This document shows positions 27,196-41,079 of a stretch of 64,000 bases of DNA, one piece after another. Source of the stretch: Phoronis australis (taxonomy: Eukaryota > Animalia > Phoronida). Position 1 is the stretch's first letter. Every line of letters starts with the position of its first letter. The translations under genes and the position numbers were made by a program. Under the pieces are notes generated by a model. The model did no database searches and was not told where the DNA came from. It saw nothing but the letters and a program-made list of their open reading frames with translations. The stretch covers positions 11,908 to 75,907 of the forward strand of contig NMRA01000275.1 of assembly GCA_002633005.1 (NCBI GenBank). Direction: 5' to 3'.

Positions 27196-27368
27196 CAGGT
27201 AGTTTAGTCAAGGAAGAGAGTAGCTTTGTCCAATTGTTTACCCATACCAAGCCACCTACAATGGTTAGGGCAACCAATGATATGCAATGTTCCTCCCATT
27301 TGAAGACATCTTTTTTGAAGAGTTCGAACAACCAGGAGCCATACAAAAAGGCATGGCGAAATTTTCAC
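27196..27368 (-). pseudogene. Candidate exon with a hydrophobic segment (CISLVALTIVGGLVWV)
   Basis: tgcag acceptor, g|gtaact donor. Open after a first-codon TGA. Confidence 0.4.
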
Positions 27369-29499
27369 TGCACTTTGGAAAACAATAACAAATAACGACA
27401 GCTTACACTATGATAAAACATGAAGTAAACTCTTCACAATTTGGCACAGCAATACTTGTGATTACCACTCGAGGCTCCACTCCACCAAACACGTCACTGA
27501 CATATCAGCCAATCAGTGATCGCTGTCAGGATTTCAGTCTTTTGACAATAAATATGAATCTGCTTTTGTTTGGCGCACAACTCAGGCAAATGTGAGTTTT
27601 ATTTGTATGTTAAAACGGATTAACAGCTGCATTATTTTTACTACATTCCCTTTTAAAGGAGAAATCAAGCATATTTTATGAGACCTTTTATAAAAACACA
27701 AATCCCAGGTTATCTTGGAAATACCTATATTTACAGCTAAGCAAACAATAGAATATGACACAAATGGCCCAACAATGCCCCATCCCCCCATCTCCTGGTT
27801 CTGTATTCATTAAATGTATTTTAATACATTGTTAGTTCTTAAAAGAACTAATAATGTCGTATTCCCTTCTGAACACGGCCTGCACAGGTCATTTCCTGTT
27901 TGGTTAGTGACATTAAATGCAATATCAAGATGTAGTCACCTTGTCAGTCATTCATGCCACTTTCTATCTATGGTTCAATGGATAGTGCATACTTGCCAAG
28001 AGAACAATGTAATTAATACAAAAAACGTTAACATCAAAAATGATGCTTTCCCTTCAAGATTGAAAAGTTTTGGCATTTAGGTGTGCTCATAACTTGAAAA
28101 AGGTTTACACACTTCAGTATACAAACCATCATGTGAAGAGCATCCATTCCGAAAAACCATGTTTTTGTGCATAAGCGATGGATTGTTTTTTGACTCGTAA
28201 ATCTGAAAGGAGAAAAGGGCAGTAAAGTACTAGAGACAACAAAAAAAAAACAACAAAACACGAAAGAAGCAAAGACAATCGTGGAAAAAATCCACAGATG
28301 GAGACATTCTCCAAAATGTGGAACACTGAAATTCAAGTTAAAATTGAATTTTCTTGATTCCAAAGATTGGGATCTTGGCGATTTTGATATTCATTATATA
28401 GGGCAGTGTGATATATATCAAAAGAGTCTGGAAATACACTAGCCACCAATGCACCGTTAAATCATAGTTTGTAATAATATCTCAAGTGAATATTATCATA
28501 ATCGTAGTTCTTGATATAGTAAAAGCAAATATTGCCTATTTCTAATATATGGTACAAGCTCAAAATGTTTCTTTTGGCGTTTCACTGCTTTTGTCACGGA
28601 TTACTACAATAATCAAAAATACGTAGCCAGTAAAAAGTGTCAGCAATCAAAGGAACCACCATGGAAGCTTTAGCTTATTACATTGCTTCATACACTTTGG
28701 CAAGGAAGTGGGCTATGATGGGATGATGTGTTCTACACCTGAACACTGAGGTACGAGGTTGACACCAGGTTGCTAATTGCAACTTTGCAAAAATCGCCAG
28801 GTCACCAAACAAAATCTGAGGTCGCAAAAATTGACGTCAAGATTAGCAACTAAAAAAGATCATGCTGTCTCAAATGTTTAAGCATTAATCTTACATTTTC
28901 TCCAAGGAAAAAATATGAATACACCATTCAATTCAACAAAATTGTCCTGCAGACAATCGGATACACCGGAGGCTCATGCTTTATGGGCCAGTCTAGCATG
29001 ACTTTTTGTTGACGTATTTCCACTTCTGTTTGTTAACTTTTTGTAGCAATTTAACCGCATGTTTGATGTGTGCTGACAGCTGAAGGTGGCAAATGCACTG
29101 ATTTCATGAAATGAAAGGAACAATTGAGAACAAAATGTATTGAATCTAGGAAAACTGTTGGTAGTTGAAACCTTGGAACTAAGTCACCACAAATTTGAAA
29201 GGAATTTCAGGAGAATTATTGTCAGACTTTGATACTCGTGGTGGCACAGTGTGGCGGCTTCGGTTTCGTCCCAGGTCGCCAAACACAAAGCTGCATTAGT
29301 GACCTGCAGGTCGCAAAATGAAGCACTGGTGAACCTGATCAGTTCCAAAGCATACCGTAACAGTAAAATCTTACTAATTTTGGATAAAAGTAAGTGTCAA
29401 AATGACCCATTCTTGACTCTACAAGACAGTGCATCTAACATTGTAATGAATGGTCACATTTTTGAAAACATCGTTTGAAAGTAGCCATGGCATAAAACT

Positions 29500-30560
29500 C
29501 TGGTGTCAGAGGTCAAAGAAAATGGAGGACGAGGTATGAAGTGTGATGATTGTGAATTAAGTTCGTTATTGTTTGCGGACGATTTTGTGCTTGTGGCGGA
29601 CACAGTGCCTGGTCTCCAGAGGAAATTAAATGTATTGCACAACTACTGTGTGGATTGGAGTCTTTGTGTTAATCTTGATAAGACAAATATTGTTTTCTTC
29701 AAGCGAGGTGGGACTCTGTCGGCACAAGAACGGTGGTTCTACAATAAGAAATCGGTAGAAACGAAATCTTATTACTTTTTAAGCATCTTGGTGTGACATT
29801 TTCTTGCAGATTAAAATGGAATGAAAATTGTAGAATATCAGCTTTACAAGCTAGAAAAGCAATGAACATGTTAAAAGCATGTTTAACCAAAGTGAATTGT
29901 AGATCCCCGCATGTATGTTTTAAATTGTTTGATAGTATGGTAGTTCCTATATTGTTATATGGTGCTGAGATATGGGGTACAGTATATTCGAAAGACATAG
30001 AAAGTGTTCACAATGATTTTGGTGTCCCAAAGAAAACAAGTAACGTTATGGCCAGAGGAGAATGCAGCAGGCATTTATTATCTGTGAAATACTTGTGCAG
30101 ACGAAACTGCTACAGATGAATAACCCCAGATACCCAAAGAAAAGTTACAGGATGCTGTGGGAAGACTGTGAAAAAGGACGAACAAATTGGGCCAGTGCAG
30201 TTAAAGATATTTTATTCAGATACGGGTTTGGGGAGGTATGGATAAGTGGACCGGGTAACATTGATTTATTTATATCAGAATTTAAGCACAGATTGTTGGA
30301 TTGTGGTGCCCAAGAATGGAGGACATCAGTGCAGAGCTCTAGCAAGTGCTCATTTTACTCCATTTTCAAAACAGATTTATCTTGTGAAGAATACCTTTAC
30401 AGTCTACCACCAACTCTACGTAGAATTTTAGCCAAATTCAGGTGCTCTGGACACCAACTGAAAATAGAAACTGGTAGGCACCATGACATTCCAAAGGGAG
30501 ATAGACTTTGCGAAATTTGCAACCGTTCAGAAATTGAAGACGAAATATACTTATTACTCT
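29500..30560 (+). mobile_element. 5'-truncated LINE ORF2 (RT motif to C-terminus; RTE-X/CR1-like), frameshifted
   Basis: LLFADDFVL, VNLDKTNIVFF, ILLYGAEIWG, LAKFRCSGHQLKIETGR, CEICN...EDE. Followed by a (CT)n microsatellite. Confidence 0.9.
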
Positions 30561-31099
30561 CTCTCTCTCTCTCTCTCCCTCCCTCCCTCCCTCNCTGAAT
30601 CCATACTGTTGTTTTATCATAAAAATTACAGACCTATTGATTGGAAGTAAATTTTAATTTTGTAACTTGGTCTAGTTGGCTGATTTTCCGCAAACGAGGA
30701 GTATGTTCAGAAAAAGCATTTTTGGAGCTAAACGTCAAATTCAAATTTATGCAAGGGCTATACAAAATATATACCAGTTCATGTGTTGCACAGTGCCAAA
30801 TATACGCAAGAGTGCATCAATACAGCACTCACCATCTCAATGTACAAATCTCAGGACTGCACCTTCAATAATATACTGTCATTTTCAGGAACTTTTTTGT
30901 GAACAAGATTTTTTGCAAATGAAAATGTTATAGTAGTGGAATCCACTGCGATAAGTTTTTTTTTGGCAAGCTAATCAAATGTAAACCTTTAATCGGGACA
31001 TGCGCTAAGCGTATTGTCAGAAATTAGTCCTGTAGACTAGCTCATCCACAAACATGCTCCATAATTGACACGTGTTCATAAATTCACAATAGAAGTAAA

Positions 31100-31467
31100 C
31101 TACATCAAAAGTGACCCAATATTTAATTCTGTACTGCCAGCTTTGTTCCATCCTCCATTCTAAAAGCAGCTGAACAAACCACAGTAGTTTCAGAAGCTTT
31201 TTCTAATTTGTAAATAAGATGATGAATGAAAGAGCAATTGCGTTTACATTATTTACGCATACCAAACTTGTTGACATCATTAACTTCGTACCTTCTCATA
31301 CTAAGACCCAATTCTTTGTAAACATGCTTGATAGATTTACTGTCTGAGAACTCTAGCGTCTTTTTGCAGTCCTTCATTCGATTGGCCAAGGCCTCAAAGG
31401 ACACAGACTTTTCCAGGAACTCCTTGCTGCATTTCTTCAATGCTTCCATCAAACCCTGTTGGGAGGA
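31100..31467 (-). pseudogene. Candidate exon SSQQGLMEALKKCSKEFLEKSVSFEALANRMKDC...; 3' boundary uncertain
   Basis: ttttattatag and ccaacag acceptors, both in frame with ORF 31249-31452. The reading stays protein-like past the TAA at 31249. Confidence 0.5.
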
Positions 31468-33387
31468 CTATAATAAAATCAAATGAAAGTAAGTTTTGTT
31501 CAACAGAAATTGTATTTTAATTTTGTTTCCAACTACAGAATAAACTGATCTGAATTGACTTCTTGTCAATTCCAAGACCGCAATGATAACAGTTGCCAAT
31601 CAGTAAGTACAACAAAGTAAGTAAATGCAAAGGACCCTCAGTCTCAGGATGCATGACTTGTAACCAAACAAACATAATTTCACACTGTAATGTGTGATAT
31701 TAAGCTTGATTAACCAACTTTCAGGAACTTACGTCAAGTATAAAGAAAGCCTAAACTGTCAACACTCACCTACTGAAGTCAGTCCAGACTCATCACGAGG
31801 GTACCTCAAATTTCAGTGACAGTACCCGTTTAGGTAATAAATTAGAGGAAAAAAATTTCTAGACCACCAAATGTCTTATTTTTATCGCACTATCGTGAAA
31901 CTGATGCAAAGTAGCGGCGTGGAGTGAGCAATTGAAGTGTGACTATGCAGACATGTGAGCGCATTTCTGTGTACTTGGATGCAAATCGGCATCAGCTTTA
32001 CTGGCCATTAACAATGAAAAATAGAAAAAAACATTCACAGACAGTCATGTTTCAACAAACAAGAACAAGTTTAATCTCAAAACAGTGAGACCCAATAGCA
32101 ATCTGCGCCCCTGTGCTTGATTTTGCTGCCCGGACACAGTAACCGGTGAAGTAATTCCCTTGCAGTTGCCGTGACTCTTCACCAGGAAAATAATCACTAG
32201 CTAAATTGGCTTTGATGTTCAATTATTAGGGAAAATACTTTTTAAATGCGACAAAAACTTACAATATAATGGCTCTGTTGTCTAAATATAAAAATTCCGT
32301 GATTAAAAGCAAACGGGGGGGAGTGTAGTGAATTGTAGTCAGTGAGCTGAATGTCAGAGATTAAAAAATATTGCAGTGTTAGGAGCATGACGCATTATAT
32401 TTTAATCTCTTTGATACACCAATTTCACCATTCAAGGCCCGGGCAGCTAATTAATGTGTTCATATTGTGCCGCGGAGCACATCTGACAGACGTTCACAGG
32501 CCAGGCAGTCCGACTCTGCCGGGCAGTAGCTTATACGAATGCTTCTGGCTGAGTGAGAGTTATTCCCTTAAGTTCATTATTGACAACCAGTAAAACCCGC
32601 TTAGCCTAGTTGCCATATATAGTTGGCGTTCTACAGCAGACGAGTGAAATTTTATTTTCTCGCTTAAACACACACTCTGGGAGTTCGAGAGTGTGCATTA
32701 AAGGTAGTGAACACAATACTGATATGGTAAAAATTCCCGAATTTAGGACAGTCCCCTCATTTTCAGACACCTAAATCCAATCCCAAACTGAATTTTTTCG
32801 ATTCTGAAATGTGGGACACGGTCGAATTTGGCACTCACCATATTTCTCAGATTTTGGACACAACAATTTTGGCACCATTGGACGTAATTCTCATATTTCG
32901 GAAAGTGCATTTTTTCGAATGATCGGTGATTATTTACACATCGTTTAAATTTGCCACCGGTGTAATGTATTGACTGATGTCGCAGTCTATAGTTATCAAT
33001 GTGGATGATTTGTACATATCTTGCACATTTTCTTGGCAGTCGTAATCATGGAATATTTGCCATGCTTGATTGCAGTTTCACTATGCCAATGAAATGCATA
33101 CTCTCCGACTTTCGTGTTAATCGCTAGTGCCACGCTTTGTTTTTGGATTAACAGCTAATAATAAGTACCAGTGATGAGACCGTTGTGTTACCAAGTTGAA
33201 TCCCGGGTTCACATCTTCAATATTTAACCTTCCTCGCTGCGCCTTGACCTCCGCTATGCCATGCGCCTGAATTGGCAAAACGATGCTGTTTATTGTCAAG
33301 TTAAAACAGACTTTGGGAAAAACAAAAATCAATATATCTTTATGTCTCTCTGTAACTGACATTCTATTTACTAGCCTACTTTGTATC

Positions 33388-33890
33388 TACCCGTACTCAT
33401 CCAGGGTAACCGCTTAAATTGGGAACCTAAAAAACAGGGGAAGGGCGATAAGCCGAGCATGAGCGGTTAAAATTAAGTCGGGAGAGAGTACTTATTGCAC
33501 AGAGGACTGACTTTTAACCTCACGGAGCTACACTGATGTCGGACTTCTAAGTATGTTAGTTAAAATATTCATCAACGGATTGAAATAACAGACTTTGACA
33601 GCTTGAAGTGGAATAGTACACACGATACAGTGGCGCCGTGATCCCAAGTGTGACTGGGTTTTTACATAGATCGGTCGCTGCTCTTCATGTCTTAGAACTA
33701 AGGTAGGTGTGCATTCAGTAGGACAAATTTTCTGAGAGAAAAGCAAGATCATGCAAGACTCCACTAGTTCGCCATGAATTTCTAAGGGAAGCGCATTATT
33801 TTGTTGAGATTTGCTCATCACTAGACACTTAAGCAACCAAACATGTGCTAATGATTGACAGGTCTTAATTCTTTGAACCTAGTTTGAAAG
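33388..33890 (-). mobile_element. Truncated inverted copy of the 10060/53735 transposon family
   Basis: Reverse complement of ~10965-11475 (e.g. GGCGCCGTGATCCC vs GGGATCACGGCGCC). Confidence 0.8.
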
Positions 33891-33992
33891 CCAACACCGT
33901 GGGACCTTATTTACATTATCTAGTTTGCTGGAAAGTTGTTTTGGCGGGATTGTTTGAGTGACAGGTGACTCATAAGTATGTCGCACCCGCTG

Positions 33993-36123
33993 CAGGCCCG
34001 TAGCCAGGGGGGTTCGCGGGATACGATCGAACCCCCACTCCGAGGAAAAGGTCCAGCCCTAGCCAAAATTGTTGTAACTACTAGTTTTACCTAACCACAA
34101 TCCTATGCAACTTAATATTAATTTTGAATTTGTTTCCTTGTAAAACGCTTCACATAGTCAATGAGTCGTATCCAGCCCGAGTGGTGACTGCATAGATGAC
34201 GATTAGAAGAGGCTTGATGTTATTCATCGGCATTGAAAAAGCGAGTGGTCTCTACACGATAGGGTAATAAGTCTACAAGTAAATGCCTATGCCTAGCTCA
34301 AACCATATAGCATTGAGAAAGCTCCCCAAAGTAGAATGCCTTAAAATCGATAAAAAAAAATAAAACAGCAGAATTGAAAGGGTTTTGTTATTTGCTACTT
34401 TGGTGTACTTTCTAGCATAGCATGGATACAGTGCAGGAATTTTCAAATTTCGAATTGAAAGTGATCGTCAAATATATTGTTCATCAAGTGTCCACTTAGA
34501 TTGTGGATGGTGGACTGACGTGCGTGTGTGTACACGTGTGTGCGTTTCCGTTCTTTTAAATTCACTACACGCCGACGGTAAGTTCACCGACTACTCTGTC
34601 GTTTCTCAAAAATCAGAAATTTAGCTACCGTGTTTTCTGCACTGATAAATCCCCGAATGTTCACATTGTTAGGTAAGTCTAGACCTAATTAAAACTTTGA
34701 TCAAAGAAGAAAGTCTTCTCTTATAGATCAATGTCAATGGTGCACAGCCTCGCAGATTTCATACAAGCAACAATCTTGTGGAAAAAGATTTCCAAGGTTA
34801 CATGGAAGGTTTACTACTCTGAAGGCTTGCTACCTTCAGAAGTTCACTACTTCAAACGTCCACAATATTCCGAAACCAGAACTCCGACAGTTCATTACTC
34901 TGATTTTCTACTAATGATTCAGAACTGACATGAATAAAGTGTCGTATTTGTGTCTATTTAATGTAGAAAATAAATCTGAAACTAAATAAGGCGATCCAGA
35001 TCCTCCAAAGGATACTATTGTTTCATGAAATGTAGAATATAAATCGGGAATCATTTACAGGGTGTGCAAGAGTTGAATAGTCTCAAAATGTTGATTTACA
35101 TTGTTTATAGAAGAACCCAGTTCCAATCACTGGCAATCGTTATTCTTGAATCTAACTACAGATTCATTCTGAATTAGGGACATATCATCTGGGGCATCGG
35201 TGGTTTAAATTTAAGAAGACTGAATGAGACTTCATGAAGACTGGCAGGGACAGGGTAGCCTACTAAGTACATTTAGTTTCGATCTGACCGTGCGAGTATA
35301 TCCAATGGGCGAGGTTGAAGCGCAGCGGCCCAAAGCTTTTCTGTCACGCGGTGAGATAATGCGATCTTGACATGGGATTGATGAGTGGCTCGTGGTTGAT
35401 AATTCATCAACATTCCTACCTCATATTCTTTTAGAAATGGAAGCACATACTCATTTTTCCATATTCGTAAGACATGCGGACAATTTCATCCTAACAAATT
35501 GATTTATTAGCCAGGTGTATTTTTGTCAGTATATTTGCATCTAATAACAGAAGTGTCACTTATTTTTGCATGTAACTATATAACAGTTAAACCTGAGTAA
35601 GAAATTTTAGACATTTTCGGAGTAATGAACCTTTGAAGAGGTGAATCTTTGAAGTAATGAACCGTCGGAATAATGAACCTTTGGAATAACGGGCTGTTCC
35701 CATTTCCAGCTATGTAAGCAACTTTTAACAAAACTACATGATGAAAAATTACGTCAAGTCATGCTCAGACTAAATATTACTGTCCGAGTATATAACGAGG
35801 TGTAATCACTCATTTAAAAAGGTCTGATTTGAAAGTTTGGCAGGAGGTAACACGAAAACATGAGGCCTATATTGATCATTACGTCCAAATTTGAGTCCTG
35901 TTTTCTGCGAGCAACCGTCTCGACATCCTCATTTCTGATATTACAAATTTCGTATTATCTCAGGAACATAGAGCTGAGAACCATCGTTGGCGTGGATACA
36001 GTTTTCCGTTCCCCATAATTAAGCTTCAAGCGCCTTACCAAAAAATCGAGTGTCAACGTTTGCAAAAGGTCCACCTTTCTAAAAATTCGAACCACTCCCC
36101 AAGCAATGCTAGCTACGAGCCTG
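33993..36123. mobile_element. Non-autonomous DNA transposon, CAGG ends, 5-bp TSD (hAT5-like)
   Basis: TIRs CAGGCCCGTAGC / GCTACGAGCCTG, with CGCTG on both flanks. Its right end is also present at 1-468. Confidence 0.78.
34804..35697. mobile_element. Foldback-like element with inverted arrays of ~17-bp repeats, nested in the 33993 element
   Basis: GGTTCAYTAYTCYGAA-type repeats at 34804-34905 mirror TTCGGARTAATGAACC-type repeats at 35616-35690. The window begins inside such an array. Confidence 0.6.
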
Positions 36124-36270
36124 CGCTGCCCAGAAACAAACCAGGGTTACATATACTGAAGTCGCATCGTCTGCATTTGGTTTGTGAACAGTTAAACATG
36201 AAGACCTAAAGCACCAACGCATATTACTAATAATCAGTCAAGGCATGTTACACAACAAATATTTAATTAC

Positions 36271-38411
36271 ATTTTCCATCACAAAGTCTGGTAACCCGAT
36301 TGTGTTCAGAGTCAGTAACATCACTGTTTATGTTTTTGAGACCTTGTTTGAATTTCTTGTCAGCATTAACGATCCTGAAACAGTTGTTGGCAGCCGACTG
36401 TATAAATTCTAGGATTTTGAACACCAGAGATTTTGTCGTCTTTCTCATATTTCTTGAATTTTGTACGGCCAGTTTTGACTATTTCTAAAATTTTGTAACA
36501 GTTCAAAACAATTTTTTTCTAAAATTCAAGAATTTTTACCGTATGTCTTTATGAGGAAGAAGAGCGTCGTATTATAGTATAAACAGCCTGAGAAGGTTTA
36601 AGAGCTAAAATTTCACACTTGTTACCTTAATGTCGTAGACACAGTAATTGTCCACTTTGTTATTCAGACTCAAGAGACTGGAACTGCCTGTGTGCTAGGG
36701 GCATTTTTGTGCTGACGGCTGTTTCCAAAGCTGACTTAATCTCCAAGATGTTACCACGCAGATCTTTTTGACGTGACATCACATTGTACACAGCATCAAC
36801 AAATGGTGCGGGATGCAACTCTCTCTACATATTCTGAAAAAGACGTTCTATTTAAAAAACAAAAAGCAAGACCAACAAATCTGGACAACATGTTACAAGG
36901 AGGTTTTACAAATTATTTTCATCTCAATGCCATCTTCATGCCATGAATAATACGCTGACACAAAAGTCACGCATTTCTAAAGATATGCGTGACTTTCACC
37001 TTTCCTCCTTCTCAGAGCAGCTTTTACCGAGATCAAAGGGAGCACGGTGCCAGAGTCTGACTTAGTTGCGATGACTGCATTGTCTGCTGAGAACAAGACC
37101 CAATTAAGTGTAATTACTTGACCATAAACTGTAGTAAACATCTATGCTTGTATATACTGGCGAATTTTCAAAATGCATAAAAACAATCGTTTTTGTTAAA
37201 AACAAATACCACAGCTGTATTCAGACGAAAAAACAGCAAAGTTTGGATAATTCTTTTAATATACAACTAAGGTACATTAAAACATCTAAATAAACAACAC
37301 ACAGTGACTAAATTAGATGTCAGAAATTTTTATAAACATCACTTATAGCCCATTGTATGCCGAGCTACTTTACTCCAGGGGTAGTACACTAACCGGAAAA
37401 CTGATATTCGTGGAAATGCGCCAATTTCGATCTTAGCTTGTAGTTGTAAGTGAACACCTGTGAAGACAACTAAGACGGCTAGCTTTGTGGTCAACGAGAG
37501 AGTGCAAGCGGTGGATGAGGTTGGTCAGTGGGCAAGAGCTGTGATTTCATTTTTTATGACTGAGGAAAAGCTAGAATAGTTATGCAGTTACTGTAACCAA
37601 AACTGTCCAGAGGTTCCAAATCTTCAGTTTGGCTATCACCATATTTCCACTTTTGTATATATTTAATGATTTGAGTTCTAATAGAGACTGAACTTGAACT
37701 AATGGCACATGTAGTTTTGTTTGCTGTGAAATGTTTTGTGTGGCTGTAATCTGAAAAATTCAGGGATGGGTTCACAATTAACTGACTTCTAACTTGTTTT
37801 GATACTTTGTTTAAACACAAAATTAAAAGGCAGCAACCGTAACCGGTAAGAAAAAAAACAAGTAGACAGGAGTATTAAAATAAAGTAATGAAAACAGGTA
37901 TGAAAAATATTCAAAACCAACGTTCCTTTGTGAAGTAGTCTTTTTGTAATATTTAAAATATATCAAGTTAAAACTTCCCTCCACATTGCAGGCTTTAACT
38001 CTGTCCAAATGCCAGAGAACAATTCCAGTGTATTAATGAACACCATTGTTAAGAAAGTAGTGCTAGCTATTACCTTTCCACTTCATTAGCTCAGACCTAC
38101 ATCAATACAAAGGGCGAACTTAATGGGCATCATGTAAGTTGTCTGGGGCTTAGGGAATCAGAGCTGTGACCAGTGTAAGTGAGAAATTCTCCACCTGTTA
38201 CAATGATTTGTCCTGTGAACAGCATGATCAACAGCCACACAAAACACCACAACCCTACCCTGATACAATAGTATTTACCAACAATGCTAAATGTCCATCA
38301 GACACAAAATCTTACTGCTGCTATGTGGTGATCCCCAAGTCTCATCAAAACTTGCTAAGGTCAACATTCAACATTCTGATGCCAGTCAAAGGGACACAAT
38401 AGGTTTAAGGA
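36271..38411 (-). pseudogene. Three decayed exons of the MBT-domain pseudogene: 38411-38074, 36833-36626, 36484-36271
   Basis: Canonical AG/GT ends. Start phases 1, 0, 0 chain with exon 46843-46732 (ends phase 1). Peptides ELHPAPFVDAVYNVMSRQKDLRGNILEIKSA and KLAVQNSRNMRKTTKSLVFKILEFIQSAANN. Several stops. Confidence 0.55.
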
Positions 38412-38991
38412 CTGCAAAAACCATTGTTCGGATTGTTGTTGTTTTTTAAGATAGAACTTTTGAAGTTATTAGCTTTAACCAGAGCCATAAAACAGCAAAA
38501 TCTGTTGCAGTTTTGTAATTCCCAGTGCTGGGTTAATAACTCTTAATAGGTCAATTTGAAATTGAGTCTATGGGGTGCCATGCAACACATCCAGGGATTG
38601 GCAAATGAAATTCTGGTGGAGGCACAGAACAGTTCTCACAGGGTTTGCCTATCGGAACACACGCCAATGTACTCTTTACCCTTTCCTCACTCTGTCAAAC
38701 ACTGCATGCAAATAAAGAAATGTTTTGAGTCATTTCACATCACCATGCAGCCATACGAATGAGCACAGAAATAAGGGCAAAAATACAAAATTGGCACTTT
38801 TCACCTTAAAACCTCCACTTCCCCGCCGATGCTGGACTTAAGCCAACAAGATTCCGAAAGCAAATTTCCTACGGATTCCAAAAATGTGGTCCAAAAGTAC
38901 TATCAACTAACTAGATTTTACAAATCTGGCTTGCATGAGGGCTACTTGAAATCATGGCCAATTTCTCAGTTGCTACACAGCAATGCACAAT

Positions 38992-41079
38992 TGACCTATC
39001 GCAAGCTCCGTCCCTATGCGAAAAGTCACGTGATACCCGAAAATCGAACGAGATGTCAGAGGCAAATACACTGTCCCTAAACGACGTTCCTGGTGGAATC
39101 GATGAGTGTTTTTGCACTATTTGAAAACGCTTCGACAGAGACAAGAGGCGATGCTTTTCAACAGAGAATTGTACATTCATGATATGGGAATTTGTAAAGG
39201 TGGCGATGAAAAAATAAGTGCTCGAGGAGCCAGCGAAAATCCGAATAACCCCTCGCTCGACCTCGGGGTCACCTGACAAATGACAAGGCCACTGATACAA
39301 TATGTTCATGTAAAGCTGGGTATGAACCTTAAAGTCGAATTATCTGTACGATTCCATAGATTTCATGATCTTTTGAATAAAATCAGTTAAGATTCACCGA
39401 TATTTTTATTCTGTCGTCTGCTAAATTTCGCCAAATGAAAAGTTGGTCACAACTGGTGGAACTCCTGCATTAAAGTAGGTCATAGATTACAGACAACACA
39501 TGCACTATAGGCTCTGAATAGGTCGACTCGATAGCACTGTTTACCCTTTTCCAATCTTGTAATGAAAAGTTTTGATAAAAAAATTCAGGTTCATAGCTCA
39601 GGTACACACCCATCTCGTCCTAGGCAAACAGTTAGCTCCGGTAGGTCTAGGGCCTGTGTCTAAGTTAAATTAATGTCTGGAATTCAGTGGCGAATCTAGG
39701 ATACCACAGGGTGGCCCAACATATGTTGCCTCGTGGAATTGGGCAAAGTGCAATTGTATGTGCACAGGCGACCCAGAAGTTGCAGGGGCCAGGGATGTAG
39801 ACCTTTGGACCTCGGTTCAGAAAATCTATCGGTGGACTAAAAAAAACAGGAACACAATTCCGCCGCGATCTGGGGTCTGAGCCCCCCTCTTCGGCTACCG
39901 GTCCTAGTTACTGAAATCAATATTTCCTCACGCTTCACGCTCTTGCTGTTTCATTTTGCTTGCGGCAGCCAAGGGAGGGGGGGCCTGCCCCCTCCCCCCC
40001 CTAAATCCGCCTATGGAATTGATCATTTCACCATTAAGACATTTAAATTAGGCCTACCTGCTTATGAACTTGACATTTTTTGTAGTTTCATTCCATAAAG
40101 GTAGCTTCCATTTAATTATTAAGGTTGCATGATCACTGAGTCGTGGTATGGTTACAAAAGATTACAAGTCTGGTGTGGTAGTTGCAAAAATAGGTATTTA
40201 CAAAAATAACTCACATTCTTTTTTAAAGCTTCATAAATCTAAATATCATGTTTGAACAACGTCAAAATGAGCTCTCTCTAACTCTACAGACATAGTGTAT
40301 ACTAGAGGTACACGTAAAAAAGTAATTCAACAGTTTATTTTTAGTGACAACAGCTCGACCATTAGGCTTTGAGTTCCGGAAGTAATCCAGTGCCCTTCCC
40401 TGTGCCGATCGAATCTCTGAATTTTGACCGGGAGAGAAGTTCAGTTGAACGCCAGCCTACGGTTTATGAATGACAAAAATGTACCTCTGATACGAAACAA
40501 AATAATGTCCATTAGGTTGAAATAAATAAAAAAAAACATAAAATAAAAATGTCCTTGAAAACAACAATTTCCGGGGACTACCGCTAGTGCTGAGATCCAG
40601 CAGGTGCCGCCAGAGACAAAGGCGGCCAGACGTAGCAAACTCGGGAGTCAAAATCTGAGATAGCCCTGCACCATAGCCACCAAGCTGAAAAGTGTGCATC
40701 TTGGAACTAATATATTTGTGTTTATTATAGCCTTCGAGTTATCAAGCAACATCTCTAAATTCAGCTGCTCGTGTGGCCGTACAGTTTGATCCATAGTTTA
40801 CGCTTTTCAACATCATTTTTCGGCTTAGGACATGCCAAAAAATGACGGGATATTATTCTGGAGCAGCACAAGGCTGTCGGTGCTACACACGCCATATCAA
40901 CACCGTTTCCTCATTCTTAGCGGACAATTTCTTGAGCTATAGACTAAAGTAAGTTTTACTCGACTACGTGTGGTTTGTCGGGTAAAATGGCGGCTTGGAA
41001 ACGCAGACAAAGGTGTGCCATGAATGCTGCGTTCTGATTGGTCAATTAAGCCGCCTGTCATAATCCTGGCGACAGGTCA
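38992..41079. mobile_element. DNA transposon with TGACC termini, inserted in duplicate copy 2 only
   Basis: TIRs TGACCTATCGCAAG / CTGGCGACAGGTCA, flanked by AAT on both sides. The empty site CACAATTGCAAC is visible near 3360 and 43332. Confidence 0.82.
39685..40015. mobile_element. 331-bp MITE with 5-bp TSD
   Basis: TIRs CAGTGGCGAATCTAG / CTAAATCCGCCTATG, with GAATT on both flanks. Confidence 0.78.
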
